A DNA stretch of 64,000 nucleotides, from assembly GCF_038025025.1 (NCBI RefSeq), contig NW_027117343.1, positions 1-64,000 of the forward strand, given 5' to 3'. Below the pieces are notes generated by a model, which did not search any database, was not told where the DNA came from, and was given only the letters and a program-made list of their open reading frames with translations. The position numbers were made by a program, and so were the translations under genes. This DNA comes from Phyllosticta citribraziliensis (taxonomy: Eukaryota). Shown here piece after piece: positions 1 to 13,300 of this stretch (the first letter of the stretch is position 1; each line of letters opens with the position of its first letter).

Positions 1-88
1 CCTAACCCTAACCCTAACCCTAACCCTAACCCTAACCCTAACCCTAACCCTAACCCTAACCCTAACCCTAACCCTAACCCTAACCCTA
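1..88. repeat. Telomeric repeat tract (CCCTAA)n, left chromosome end
   Basis: Uninterrupted CCCTAA repeats (~14.5 units) from base 1; this is the TTAGGG-type telomere of filamentous ascomycetes, C-rich strand at the 5' end. Confidence 0.98.
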
Positions 89-3000
89 TTATAAGTATCT
101 AGCTTAGATACTTTAATATAGTATTTATCTCCTAGATTACTAAAGGTTTCCTAAGGAGGTACTAGTAGTAGAGGTACCTAATTATTTTCTTATTAAACTC
201 TTAGCTTATTAAGGCTAGATTAAATACCTTCTACTACTCTTTTTATAGTAGAGAAATAAGTATTATTAAAAGCCTCTATATTAGCCTAAATAGTAGCCTA
301 ATCTAGTATAGATTAAGTAGGATCTATAGTCTAAATAAGTAAAATAAATATAGATATATAATAGGTATATCTAATATTCTAATAAACTTAAATAGATAAA
401 AGTCTAAAAAAACCTAGAGAACCTTCTTTAGAAGTAATAAAGCTATAATAGTATTATCTAGGCTATTCCTATAAATAGGCTTAATAGCTAAGACTATTTA
501 GATATATAGATAATTTCTTTAAGTACCTAATTCTCTTATATAATCCTTAAATAGTTAAGTAATTACTTAGAGAGAAATTAGCCTCTAAATAGATATTACT
601 ATATACTAGAGCCTAGTCCCCTTAATATAATAAATATATATTATTATATAAGTATCTAAGGTAGAATTATAGCTAGTAGAGGTTATATAACTCCTAGGTT
701 TCTTAAAATAAAATACTAAAGTAAAAAGATTTAGCCTTATTTTAGTATTAATATAGAGGAAGACTACTATATAAGCCTATATTAAGAAAGATATCTCTAT
801 ACCCTTCTAGTCTATTTACTAGTAGGTTATAAGATATATATCTTAGTAGACTAGTAGTTTTAAATAGATAAAGAAAAGTCTTTTAAGTAAAAAAATAAAT
901 TTAGTAAAATAATTAAGAGTTAAAGAGTTATTACTAAAAAAGCTATTTAAAGAGATCTAAGGCCTTCTTATATATCTTTTTCTAGTACTAAGAGAACTAG
1001 TATCTATTATATAATAATAAATTAAAGTCTCTAACTAAGTATATTCTTTCTAGTAAAATAAATACTAGAGAGTTAGCTAATACCTAACTAATAACTAAAA
1101 TAACTAGAAAGAAGGTACTTTATTAATTAGTAATTTTCTTAACTACTAATAAAATATACTAGCCTAATTAATCTAGAGCCTAGTATCTAATAATAATTAT
1201 AAAAAGGATCTTTCTTCTTATATAATTATATAATAGTTATCTACTACTTATATAATTATATAGAGACTATATCTAAAGTAAAACTAACTTTCTAATAAAA
1301 CCTAGTTTTAATTAAATATTAAAGGAGTAAGGATTCCCTTATTAAAGTAAAGTTATTAAATAGATTATTCTTCCTAATAACTTCTAACTATAATAACTTA
1401 ATAACTAGTTAAGATATAGTAATTCTAAAAGATATTCTAGACTTCTACTATATAGAAGTATAGAACCTAAATATAAGGGTTTTAGTACTCTAGTCCCTAT
1501 TAAGTAGGTAGGGAGGTCCTAGCTAGGTCTTTATATAAAAAGGACCTATATATTAAAATAGATTAAAAGATAACTAAGCTTAAGGAGTATTACTATATAA
1601 TACCTTAAAGGCTATAGTATTTATCTAGAAGTTTTAGGGTTTATCTATTTACTAGATAATTTTTTATAAAAATATCTTATTTAAGTATTTCCTTCTCTTT
1701 TAAATATCTTACTAATAAGTTACTAGATTAGGATAAGAAATATACTATTTAAATTATCTAATTCTACTCTATAAACTTATATATTAAGCTTATTTAAAAG
1801 TTACCTAAAAAGCTCCTAATCTAGTAAACCTTCTTAAATAAAGGTTATTATACCTAGAGCTAAGATATACTTAGTATACTATTATACTTTAAAACTACCT
1901 AGATAAGCCTATATAGTTAGTTAAGATTCTTAGTATTAGTAAAGTAAACTTACTTATATAATACTCTCTATATTCTTATAGGAAATATAAAGTATTAACT
2001 TAAAGTCCTACTTAATAGGCGCCTTATTAGAACTAACTAGTAATACTATAATATAGATCTTACTATTACTACTATTATATAAACCTATAGATACTAAGTA
2101 CTTAGCTATTAAGACCTAATAAGCTATAGGATTATAATAATAGTATATATAAATAGGCTTCTTATCTTCTTCCTCTAAGATAGGCTATATAATAGTAAAC
2201 TAGTAATAATATAGTATAATAGTAAGAGAAGTAGACTAGCTAGTAGTAGGCTATATAGCTACTAATAATAAACCTTTTATAATAACTACTAATACTAATT
2301 ATATAGAACCTAATACTATAGAATAGTACTAGTAAAGTAATAAGCTTATAGCTATTTCTAGCTAAATAAGTAAAGCCTAGTCTAATTATATATTTATATA
2401 AGTATCCTTCTCTATAATTATATTAGTTAGAAAGATAGGATAATAAAGTAGTAAAATCTAGATATATAAAGCTACTTAATAATCTAGATAATAATTAGTA
2501 ATAGTTTTAAAGAGATAGACTTTACTTACCTTATATATAATAGTTCTAATAGATACTACTAGCTAAAATAGCTCTCTAAGTAAGTAGTAACTATAATAGA
2601 TTATAAATAATACTATATAATAATAACTTAAATAGATAAGTCTTATATAATAGTAAGGAATCCTAATAGACTAGACTATAATAAGTAATAGGTAGAGCTA
2701 GTATAGCTAGTATAATAAATATAGGACCTTCTTTATTACTCTTAGTAAAGTATAGCTCCTTTAAGCCTATATATAATAGTTAGTTTACTAGATTATAGCT
2801 AATTTAGACTAGATAATAATATACTTTAATAAGGAGCTTTAAATATAGCTAAAGTAAATAGTAACTTTCTATAGGTTATATAGTAATAGAAGATAGTAAT
2901 AGAGTTAATAGTATAGTAATAAAGCTAGAGTAACTAGACTAATAATTATACTTTATAACTATATAGAATACTTAAATTACTAAATTACTACTATTATATA

Positions 3001-5025
3001 TTATAAGACTATACCTATATAAGTACTTATAGCTATTAATTCCTATAATTTTAGCTTCTCTTTAGGGGGGGTATATTATTATAGATATATATATATCTAT
3101 ATAAGTACTAAGGCTAGTATAGATAAATCTAGTATTATATAGTTATAAGAAGTATAAGCCTTACCTTAAGTAGTAGCTAGCTATAGCTTAGGCTAAAACC
3201 CTTAGGCTAGTACTAGCTACTATAGCCTAGTACTAGCTACTATAGCCCTAGATAGATATAGTATAATAGCCTATTAATACCTTATCTTTATAACTTACCT
3301 AATAATAACTAAGGACCCTTATATAAAGGATAAAAGATAGAATAGTATAAAGAAAAGGCTAAAGAATATATAAGTAATAAGTATCTTTTATATTTTATTC
3401 TTTTAACTTATTAGATTTAATTAAGATATATATATATTCTCTAGTAGTTTACCTTTAGCTCTTATCTATATAATAAGAAATCTATAAGTTATAATATACT
3501 TATTATAAGGCTACTTTATATAATAGTCTTAATAGATACTACTAGCTAGGATAGCTCTCTTAGTAAGTAGTAACTATAATAGATTATAAGTAATACTATA
3601 TAATAATAGAATAGTATAATAAGTATTATATAATAGTAAGAAATCTTAATAAGTAACTAGCTAATAAGTAATAGACTATTAAATAACTAGCTACTACTAA
3701 TCTACTAGTATAGGGCCTTTCTTTTTACTCTTAATAAAGTATAGCTCCTTTAAGTCTTTATATAACTATTAGTTTACTAGATTATAGCTAATTTAAATAG
3801 GATAATAATATACTTTAATAAAGAGCTCTAGATATAGCTAAGATAGATAGTAATCTTCTATAAATTATATAGTTATAGAAGATAGTAATAGAGAAAAATA
3901 GTATAGTAATAAAGCTAGACTAATAATTATACTTTATAACTATATAGAATATCTAAATTATTAAAAACTACTACTATATATTATAAGTCTATATTTATAT
4001 AAGTACTTATAGCTACTAATTCCTATAATTTTAGCTTCTCTTTAAGGGGGGTATATTATAATAGATATTTATATATCTATATAAGTATTAAGGCTAGTAT
4101 AGATAAACCTAGTATTATATAGTTATAAGGTACTAGCTACTATAGGCTTAGACTAAATACTAGCTATATCTTAGGCTACTACTAGCTATTATAGTTTTAA
4201 ATAGATATAGTATAACTATCTATTAATATCTTACCTTTAGAAATAACTTAATAATAACTATTAACCCTTATATAAAGGTTAAAAGAGCTAGAAAGGTATA
4301 AAAAAAAGGCTAAAAAATAAATAAAAAGTAAGTATCTTTTATATTTTATTCTTTTAACTTATTATATTTAATTAAGATATATATATTTTTTAGTAGTTTA
4401 TCTTTAGCCTTAATCTATAAAATAAGAACTCTATAAGTTATAATAAATAGTTATTCTATATAGACTATATAATAACTACTCTTACTCCTTACCTATTAAT
4501 TATTAGTAGTCTATATTAATTTACTCTACTAGATACTATAATAATTTTCTACTAAATATTTAGTTATTTATTTATTTATACTTATTATTTATACCTAGCT
4601 TATTTTAGTTAGTTTAGTAGTTATTTTATTTCTATTTTATAGAGTCTATTAATTTACTACTAGTTACTATCTTTTATACCTCTTCTAGTACTAGTATTTT
4701 AGCTAGCTAAGTAAGTATATTAGTAAGTAGCTAGTCCTATCTATACTAGATACTATAATATATATACTATATAGTATATAATAAAGAGTAGTTATTATAT
4801 ATTTTATATTAAATAATTATCTATTTTTAAGCTAACTAAAAATAGCTAGTATATTTAATAATTCTAACCCTAAGTAGTAAGTATTAAGTATTATAAAATA
4901 TAAGTTATACCTAAGTATATATAACTCTTTTTTATTTAAAAAGATTTTAAACTACTTCTAGATTAAAATCTATTTTAAGAGTTTAAATATTAAGTATATA
5001 TAATCTATATACTAAACTTATATAG
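89..5025. mobile_element. Subtelomeric AT-rich block of RIP-degenerated repeat/transposon relics
   Basis: Extreme TpA enrichment with near-total absence of CpA/TpG and CpG by eye; the ORF track has nothing before 5308; abrupt change to GC-rich DNA at ~5026. Confidence 0.9.
2520..4445 (+). repeat. Tandem direct duplication (~2520-3496 and ~3505-4445), each unit ending in a putative PPT + RIPped LTR
   Basis: Matching blocks ~950-980 bp apart, e.g. TTAGCTTCTCTTTA(G/A)GGGGGGTATATTAT at 3051/4031, AGTATCTTTTATATTTTATTCTTTTAACTTATTA at ~3380/4331, CTATAAGTTATAATA at ~3482/4431. The G-run then TATT (RIPped TGTT) ... AATA (RIPped AACA) with an internal TATATAAAGG is consistent with LTRs; the duplication is firm, the LTR reading is inference. 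Confidence 0.7.
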
Positions 5026-5402
5026 GTCACGTGATATTACTGCCTTAGGCACGCACGTAGCGCTAGAGCCTCGTCGATAGGCATAAATACCTCGACGAGA
5101 CGACGCCGTAAATTAATAGCCTCGATTCTATAACAATGTAGGAGCTTTTAAGGATGAAGGAAACGTAGGAGCATTAAAGCGGCTACGGACCGAAGTACTT
5201 AGGAGTATCTAATTACATTTAAGCGTCTACGACGTCTAGTAATAGAGAGCATTCGACTCTAGATAGCTGGGCGTGTCACGACTTTCGCAATCGAGACTCG
5301 GGCGCAAATGATGGCTCGCACGCCCGCCGACGAGTTGGTATTCTACCTAGGTCCATGCCATGCATCGCCATCTCCAATTCTTTCAAGCTTTCCTCTACTG
5401 CC

Positions 5403-7884
5403 TCACTTCTCGGACAGTTCGTCGCGCATTTCGGCGACGACGTTCTTGATCCTCTCCTCCTTGCTAATCTGGTCCACCCTTACCAAGACCTTTTCGAAAT
5501 CATAGGTGTCCTTAGCGTGAGTCCGGAAGTCTTCGCCAAGGGTCAACACGGTGCCGACGCCGACCAGTGCACGGTACAGCGCCTCGCCCTCGTCGAGCTG
5601 GTTGATGATCTCGATCAGATCATACAGCAGCGTCATGGCGCGGTTGACGTCGTTGCTCGGGCTCGTCAGCAACACCGCGAAGTTGATGTAGAGCGTCGTG
5701 ATGGCCGTGATGAGGTTGCGGTTCGAAGAATGGGTCTTGATGAAGGGGCGGATCAACGGATGCAGTGTGTCGAAGGTGCCATCGACGACCGTGCGCCCTT
5801 CCTCTGTTGAGAAGAGGTTGGCAAAGATGCGCACTCCGAGCATGACATTGTTGGGCGGCGATTCGGGGGCAAAGATGCCGGCGTCGCGCAGAATGTCGAC
5901 GAGCGTCGCATTGCCAGAGGATGTGTGGGTGGCAAGAGCGGGCGTCTTTGCTGCAAACAAGCGAAGCAAGTCAAGTCCAGGGAGGCGCTTGTCGAGGGGC
6001 CAGGTGGTCGCAATCTTCAAGGCGAGATCGATGCCGGCCGGCGTCACATTTTTGGCACTCGGCGAGTCCAGCTGTTTGCAGACTGTGGAGAGTGTGCCAA
6101 CGTCGCTGGGGTTCAAAGATACATCCTTGCGCCCTTCCGAAAGCAGCTGCTCATTGATTTCGCCAATCTTCTTTTCAATCACTTTGAGGTTTGCCGAGTC
6201 AATTTTGAGGTATTGGGTTTGCGGGAGGATTTTCGGCTTGGAGACGGGTGGTGCTTGCTGGGGCGCCGGCGCATCGACTTCTCCAGGTCGATATCTCGAT
6301 TCGGTCCCCCAAGGATCTGAGCCTGGAGCTTGAGTGGCCGGTGCGGAACTCTGGCCAAGAGTCGCGCCCTGGGTGTTGGTGACGATGAAGTTTGCCACCT
6401 GGTCAAGATACGAGAGGGGTAGCTCGTTGTCCTCGATGAATTTGCGGGCAGCATCGTACGGGTTTTGCGAGAGGTTGTAAGGAAGCTTCAAGGGGGGCTT
6501 TCCATCTTCAATGTCGACGTCAAAAACATAGTCAAAGTCTTGGCCGTTGTGAGAAATCTTTTTCCCACTGCTGCCAGCGGCATCCACGACGGTGCCGACA
6601 TTGATCCACTGCGCAGCGGCAGTCGACCAGGTGTATGCTGACACATTGCCGTTGGCTTCTCGAATCATCTGAACCTGGCCTTCTTTGGTACCGGATTTGG
6701 CCGTCAAGAACTCCGGGCCGGGGAGGTTCTCCTTGTTGATGTTGCCGACTTGCTGCTGCGGAATGGCGCTGTCCTTGACGGCATCGTCAAATTCCTTGAT
6801 ACTTGCAGCATCTGCTTGGCGTTCGGGATCCCGGCTGAAGACTCGCACGATGCGGTCACTGGCGCCCGACACAATGTCTCCGTTCACCGCGCACACGGCC
6901 ACCGACCAGACCGAGATTGCCGGGTGTGTAATGGTTTGCACGCACTCGTCTCCCCTCCAAATCCTGATTGTGCGATCTTCCGAACTGCTGACCAGCTCTC
7001 CATTGGGGAGTGCGGCAAGCGAGTAGATGAAGTTTTCGTGGCCGTGCAGTTCCGCCACCTGAGTTCCTTCGATTGTCCAAAGTCGAATGATGCCGTCATT
7101 TCCAGCAGAAGCAAACTGCGCTCCGGAGGGATGATTCGCGGGCAGGCGGCATAGCGCACGAACGACATCGGAGGAACCTTGGATGGATCTGAGGAGCTTG
7201 CCATCGTGGGTAAAGAAGCGAATCTGCTTGTCGGCGCATCCTGATGTCATTGTCAGTCATGCAGGTGGTACGAATGGGGCGCGGCCCGAGGCGTCCTTAC
7301 CGGTGATGATTATCTTCGTGTCGTAGGCCAGCACCGCCCACACACTGCCTTCATGGCCGCGTAAGACGGCCGACGACTCCCAATTGCCCAATGTCCAGAC
7401 GCGCGCTTCTTGGTCCCAGCTGCCACTGACAATTGTGCGCCCATCTTGGCTCACGTCGAGAGCGCAAACGTTGTGCCCGTGGCCGAGCAGCAGAGCTTCG
7501 GCATCATCCTGCAGGGTCCGAGTTGGCTGACGGACGTCGATGATCGAGTCCTTGCCTCCCGAGACAATCAGCCCATCCGGGTATGTGGACGAGGGAGGGA
7601 CGAAGGCGAGGGCGTTGACAAAGGTGGTGCCGCGGGCGACGATGGTGCAGTCAAAGGTGGGCGGGGTGTTGGACGACAGCTTCCACAGGCGCACGGAAGC
7701 GTCTCGTGATGCCGAGACGACAAAGGAGGAGTGTGGAAAGGCTACGCTTCTGACCTGAGGTTGCACAAATGAAGATGGTGAGCGAGGCGGTCCCGGGCTT
7801 GGGCTTGGGTTGGGGCTTGGGGAGCAGACAACTCACATCGTCGTCGTGGCCCCGCAGCTGAGCGGAGAGCTTGAAGTCGCCCAT
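5403..7884 (-). CDS. DOA1: Doa1/Ufd3/PLAA ubiquitin-homeostasis protein (WD40-PFU-PUL)
   Basis: Starts MGDFKLSAQLRGHDDDV; WD40 repeats (GHGHNVCALD, GHEGSVWAV, GHENFIYSL); PFU motifs DYVFDVDIEDGKPPLKLPYN and YLDQVANFIVTN; C-terminal PUL region; GT-AG introns ~7755-7836 and ~7241-7300. Confidence 0.95.
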
Positions 7885-9223
7885 GGGCGGGCCAATAGAG
7901 GGGAGATGGGAGGAAAGGCAGACGAGGCCCAGACGGGAAGAGGGTGCAGCGAAGGATCGGAGGAGCAGGTGCTGCGTGCGCCAGCGGGGTGAGATGGCGA
8001 GAGGAAGCTCGAGTGGTGGTGCGCGTGGAGAGTCGATGGTGTGAGGTGTGGCTGCCAATGGTCACTGACGTACCGTACCGGGACGGAAGGTGCCGGGGGC
8101 GTCACGTGTGACGGGCGGAGGCGGAGGGAGGCGGAGGAGGCGGACCTGGCGTTGGCGGAGCGGAGGGACCTCGACCGCTCAGGAGGCCTCAGGCAAACCC
8201 GAAGACCGACGGGCCACGACTTGATTTGGCGCGGGTCGGATCAGGCGGCCACGTCTTTCCCTCGCTACATCCGCTCCCCAAGACTCACCACGCCCGAAGC
8301 AGCTAATCCCAGCCTCTCTGCGACCGACAAACCGGCTCTCCCGTGCCAGGCCAGCATCTCCCCCGTCTCGTCTGGGCCCATGTCGTCGTCCACCTCACCA
8401 CCCGGACACGGCCACACGGGCATGGCAAGCTCCAAAGCTCGGCCGGGCCCTCGCACGCTCGCATGCCCTGCCCACCGCACCGCACCGCACCCCATGGCCA
8501 TGCCGCGTCGCCAGTTTTGTTTCCCATCCGTCTCGCACCCACATCCAGCCAGCGAGGGCGAGGGCTCCTCCCGCTCGACAGGGCAAGCCTGACGCGCCTT
8601 TGCCGCTCGCCACGCTCGACTCTATTCGCAGCACCTGACAGCTGTCCCTCTGGTCTCGGTCCTGCGCCACTGGCCGCCGCTCACTGCTGCTACGGGCTGG
8701 CGCTTGTCCATCGTCTGACCTGGCAGCGCTGGCCTATGTCATTCGCCTTTGAGAGGATTGCGCAAGCTCTTTGGTGACTCTTCTCGTCGTCGTCGTCCAT
8801 GGTCGCAAATTGTTTTGCTTGGCCGTTGATTCAGCCCCGTCTGGGGACCGACGCCCGGCTGAGCCACAGCATGGACTTGGAAATTGGCAGCAAATTGGCC
8901 ATTTTGCATCCAGGACGCATGGCCAAGGGCGCCGTTGCAGGCCCTCCCTGATCCTTTACCCCTCATCCTTGCACTACTATCGTGCGCCACCATTGGCCTT
9001 CGACATGTTCCCGGTCCTGCCAGCATAACGCGCCAAGCCGCCTGTGACCCTGTCGATCTCCCCCACGACGCCTGCAGCCAGCTACTCGAGCCTGCGAGTA
9101 GATATATTCCCGCTCTCCCCACGGCCAAAAGACTCTCACCATTACCAACTCAGCACAACACCATCCAAATCCTACACCACCAAGACCCTCTTGCTCCCTA
9201 CTTCCCTCCACCACTCACATACA

Positions 9224-10390
9224 ATGGAGGCTGCCAACATTGAACTCCTCGCAGCATTCGCGACGTATGCTCCCCTCTCACCACCACCTCTACCTACGTC
9301 ACTGACTCTTCTCCCAGCCTCTACGAGAGCGCCAAGTACTCGGACCTCCTGGTCCAATGCGGTGACCGCAGCTTTCCAGTCCACAAGGCCGTCGTCTGCT
9401 CGAGATCACACTTCTTCGATGGCGCTTGCAGCCATCCGTGGAAGGAGTCCATCACCGGCATCATCGACCTCAGCGAGGATGACCACGAAGCCGTTGAGCA
9501 CATGATTCACTGTACGTTGTCCACGAAACAAGTCCTCCACAGCACTCGCTCACGCGCAATTTGCAGACTTCTACTACCTCGACTACCTGCGAACTCCGTC
9601 ATTGGCCAAGCTCTCTCGCCCCACGTCACCCACCTCGTCGAGGCGCTCGTCTTGCGAGAAGCGCCGTCCATCAGACCTTGTGTTGGCCCCGGCCCACGCC
9701 GAAGATCCTCTGTTGGCTCAAGCGCAAGCACAGGCGATCAGCAGTCCCGACAACTCGGCTCCTGCTAGTCCCCTTTCGCCATCCCCGCATTACCGCGCAG
9801 ACTACTTCTCCCCCGACACCAAGGCGCCACCTACGCCCGATCTCGACCAGACGTTTGACGAAAGCCTCCTAGACTCGTACGAGTCCGACTGCGAGGAAGA
9901 TGAGTGCGACGCCTTTCTCCAGCCGCCCAATCTCGTCGTCCACGCAAAGGTGTATGCCATAGCTGAAAAGTAAGCCTTTCCCGCCTCGTGATGCTTTTGC
10001 ACCAATTGCGCTGCGTGCATGGTCGCGGATTTTGCCTACTGGTTGAACCCCGCCACGCCACACCCTCGCCTCAATCCACTCGACAACATAGAACATCGAG
10101 CTGACTTGTCATTAATCAGGTATGGCATCACGGGGCTCAAAGATCTTGCGCGTTCCAAGTTCTCTGCTCAGGCTGAACACTACTGGTCGTCGACCGAGTT
10201 TGCCGACTCGATCCCAGAAGTCTACGAGACCACTGTCGACTCGGACCGCGGACTGCGCGATGTTGTCATCCAATCTTTCCGCGAGCACCCCCAGTTGGCA
10301 CGAAGCAAAGACATGGAGCTCGTCGTAAGAGACACCCCCGGGCTTGCCTGGGAGCTCTTCCGCCTGGGCTGGGGCTTGCCTGTATTCTAA
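9224..10390 (+). CDS. BTB/POZ-domain protein (multi-exon)
   Basis: Spliced translation YSDLLVQCGDRSFPVHKAVVCSRSHFFDGACSHPWKESITGIIDLSEDDHEAVEHMI ... HAKVYAIAEKYGITGLKDLA ... DRGLRDVV, typical of fungal BTB proteins; three GT-AG introns (~9265, ~9512, ~9970). Confidence 0.9.
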
Positions 10391-13300
10391 ATTCCGTTGT
10401 TTCATGAGGTGGATCCTCTGTACGCCTTTTGTACGCTTTCATGGGGATGATGCTTTTTTTGTTGGACCAAGATGTTAGAAGGAACTTTCATGAGCGACTT
10501 GGGGGGTGTTGGCCTGAGAAAATGGCGTTTTGCATGCGGTTTGGAGCTGTACTACACTAGGGTAGCGAGGCGTTTGGAGGCATTCTCGCTGGCGTTGTTG
10601 CTTTGCACCATCAACACATGATACCAATCAAGCCGGTCTTCTTCACTCCACATTTTCCACTTGCAGAGCGTGATGCAGCCCTTCCGTTCAACCGGCCAAG
10701 CAGCCCACAAGGAACGCCTGGTCTCTCAATCACACGTCCTCGTATGAGACAGCAGCACGGTTGGTTCGAGGCTGGGCAAGACCATTGCAGGAGTTTCAGA
10801 GCCCCGCACCCACCGATGGCCTGGCTCGACTCGTCGCCCCGCACGGTGCGCTTTGCTTCGTCGAGAAGGGGTGGGAGCACTGCCATGGCTTTTTGTGTAT
10901 CACGGCGCGCCAAGCGCCACCAACAGCCGGCAGACGTCTCGCTCGGGCTGCAAGCTTCGTGGCGCACACAAAGAACGTTGGCTCGACTCTGCGCGCAGCT
11001 TGTTGAGGAACGCAGGCATGTGGGTGGTACAATGCATTACACGAATGCGCGCCGCCGTCGACGCCGTCCAACCATTCGAGGCAGGGAAATAAAAAGAAAG
11101 GAAAAGGGGTATGTAGCAGACGAATAATCATGGGGGCCCAACTTGAGACCGCCCATGTACCAGGCGAGCAAAAAGGGTCGAATCACGTCCAGCGCACCGA
11201 GACAAAAATTCTGCTACCAGTTCTGCGCACCCACCACTATGTACGCCAATCGTCCAACAAGACTTTCGTCGCCATCGCCGCCGACATACTCGTGAACACC
11301 CCCTTGTTGCCAAATTTCTCGCCCGCATCAGACAGCGCCCCTCTCTCGGCATGCGGCCAGACTGCCGGACGGCGGCGGTGTGCGCCAGAAACGAAAGACT
11401 GTTTGCATCGCTCGTCGCACATGGCATGTCGAGATTCCGATGGTGGGCGAGCAGCCAGCCAGCCAGCCATGCGAAATCGTGCGCCAGAGAAGAGAAGAGA
11501 GAAAAATAACGCTCAACACATGCGCCAACGCTCAGGGGAGCCATGTGTGCGGTGAACAGGCAGTGTGTTGTCGTTGCTTCTGCTGCTGCCATGTCCTGCG
11601 ATGCTGCTGCGGAGCAACAAGTACCGGCTATTTGAGGTTTCAGTATCTGCAGCTGCAATGTACAGTCCAGCCAGACAGGCAGACCGGTTGGCGCGCTGCC
11701 GCTGCAACGCCCCAGCAGCAGCGGAGCGGCGGAACGGCGGAAACAGTCGCCAAAAGCGGCACAGCAGAATTCGACGAGTCTTTGATCAGTGCGTCGTGTA
11801 TGGAGAAATCAAAAAGTGTTCTGTGTGCATGTAGCAGTTCGGTCTGAAGAGTCTCGACCGGCCGACGACGACGGCGGACGGCGCACCAGCACGCCAATCC
11901 ACCACTGCTGCGCCTTTTGCGCGACGGGAATGAGAAGATTGGCGCATGCCCAGTACAATGCTCTTCTTGTCGCAGGCCGTGGATCGTGGGTCTGGTCTTC
12001 CGACGACTCGACGGGAGAATGCGTTTGATTGACTAACGGCATGGCTGACTTATCCGATGGCCTGACCAACTGACCGACGCGGGAGAGAGCCGCAAACCCG
12101 CCGCTTAGGCTTGGAAGTGCAATGCCGTGGGTGGGTTATGCCGTTGGCGCGGTGTAAATCCGCTGGCCCGCCGGATTTGCGGATGTGCTGCTTGCTGGTG
12201 TTGACGTGCGGATTTGGTTTGTTTTGCCTCAGGTCACGTCCATGACAGCGTGATTTTTGAGCCGCAAGTCAAGCCCAGGCCCGGGTAAGCTGATGGTGGA
12301 TGAGGGTTGAGAGGAACTCATGACTGCTTTTGCTTCAGACGAAGTAAGGGAAATACGGGGCCCGAAAAACCCTCTTGACTCTTCATCACGATGGCTGGAC
12401 TGGTGGGCAACACGTGATGTCGTAATCGAATCCCTCTAGATCTTTCCCTCCCCCTCGTCGTGATCAGTGACTTGACGCGGTGCAACCTGCCACGGCTCAA
12501 GGCTCGTACCACAACAGCCTGCCGCCTCAGTCCCCGATGGCAGGAGATCGACCCGCAAGACGACAACAGAGCGAGTAGAATGCTACGAAGTTCATGCAAG
12601 CCATGTCACCTCGACTCTTCTGTCTGTATTCTTAAATTCTTCGCCACCTCAACGGGTTTCGTCGTCGACGTAGTCGTCGTCACAATCTGTCGGTCGCCGG
12701 GCTTAGTTGCCTGTCGAAATCGAACAGCGGGAATCTCCGCAGGGGAAGGCTGTACGGTGATGTTTGCAACCCCGCGTCAACGTCATTCTTAAAAAGTAGA
12801 CCCACTTGATCCTTCAATCCGCCTGCCTGGTTTCGTTGACCTCGTCTGCATACGGTCGAAGCGACGAATCAAGGGAAGCGTGTGTGGCGTGGCGCGGCGG
12901 CGGACGCGAGGGACCGCTCCACCCCACAGCCCTACCCTGCCAGCGTGCGAGGGTCGACGCGCGTTCCAGACCAGCGCCCTCACAAAGCAAAGTCGATGTC
13001 GTCGAGTCGGCAGTCGTGAGACGATAGTCATGGCGATCGAAACATTTGCCAGCGCAGCCAAACGCATCGGACGGTGGTTGACGAAGCAAATAGAGGCTGA
13101 ATGAACCAAACGCTCGACTCTGGGCTCGTCCGAGCGACGCCCAAGGACGATGTGACTGCCACGACTGCCTGACTGCCTTGCCTCTGCCTGACCGCGCGAT
13201 TGTCATGGCGGTGCCTGGACACAACCTGGGTGGCCAAGGTAAACCAATGCATAGCGGACCGCCGGCGAGACGGCGAGGCGGCGCGGGAGCCTTTGCGCTG

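Noticed and set aside
2071..2112. RIPped frame reading KPIDTKYLAIK, resembling the copia RNase H KHID motif
   Set aside because: No downstream ADxxTK motif; low-complexity DNA makes chance matches likely
89..2500. Telomere-linked RecQ helicase relic
   Set aside because: No helicase motifs could be recovered by eye
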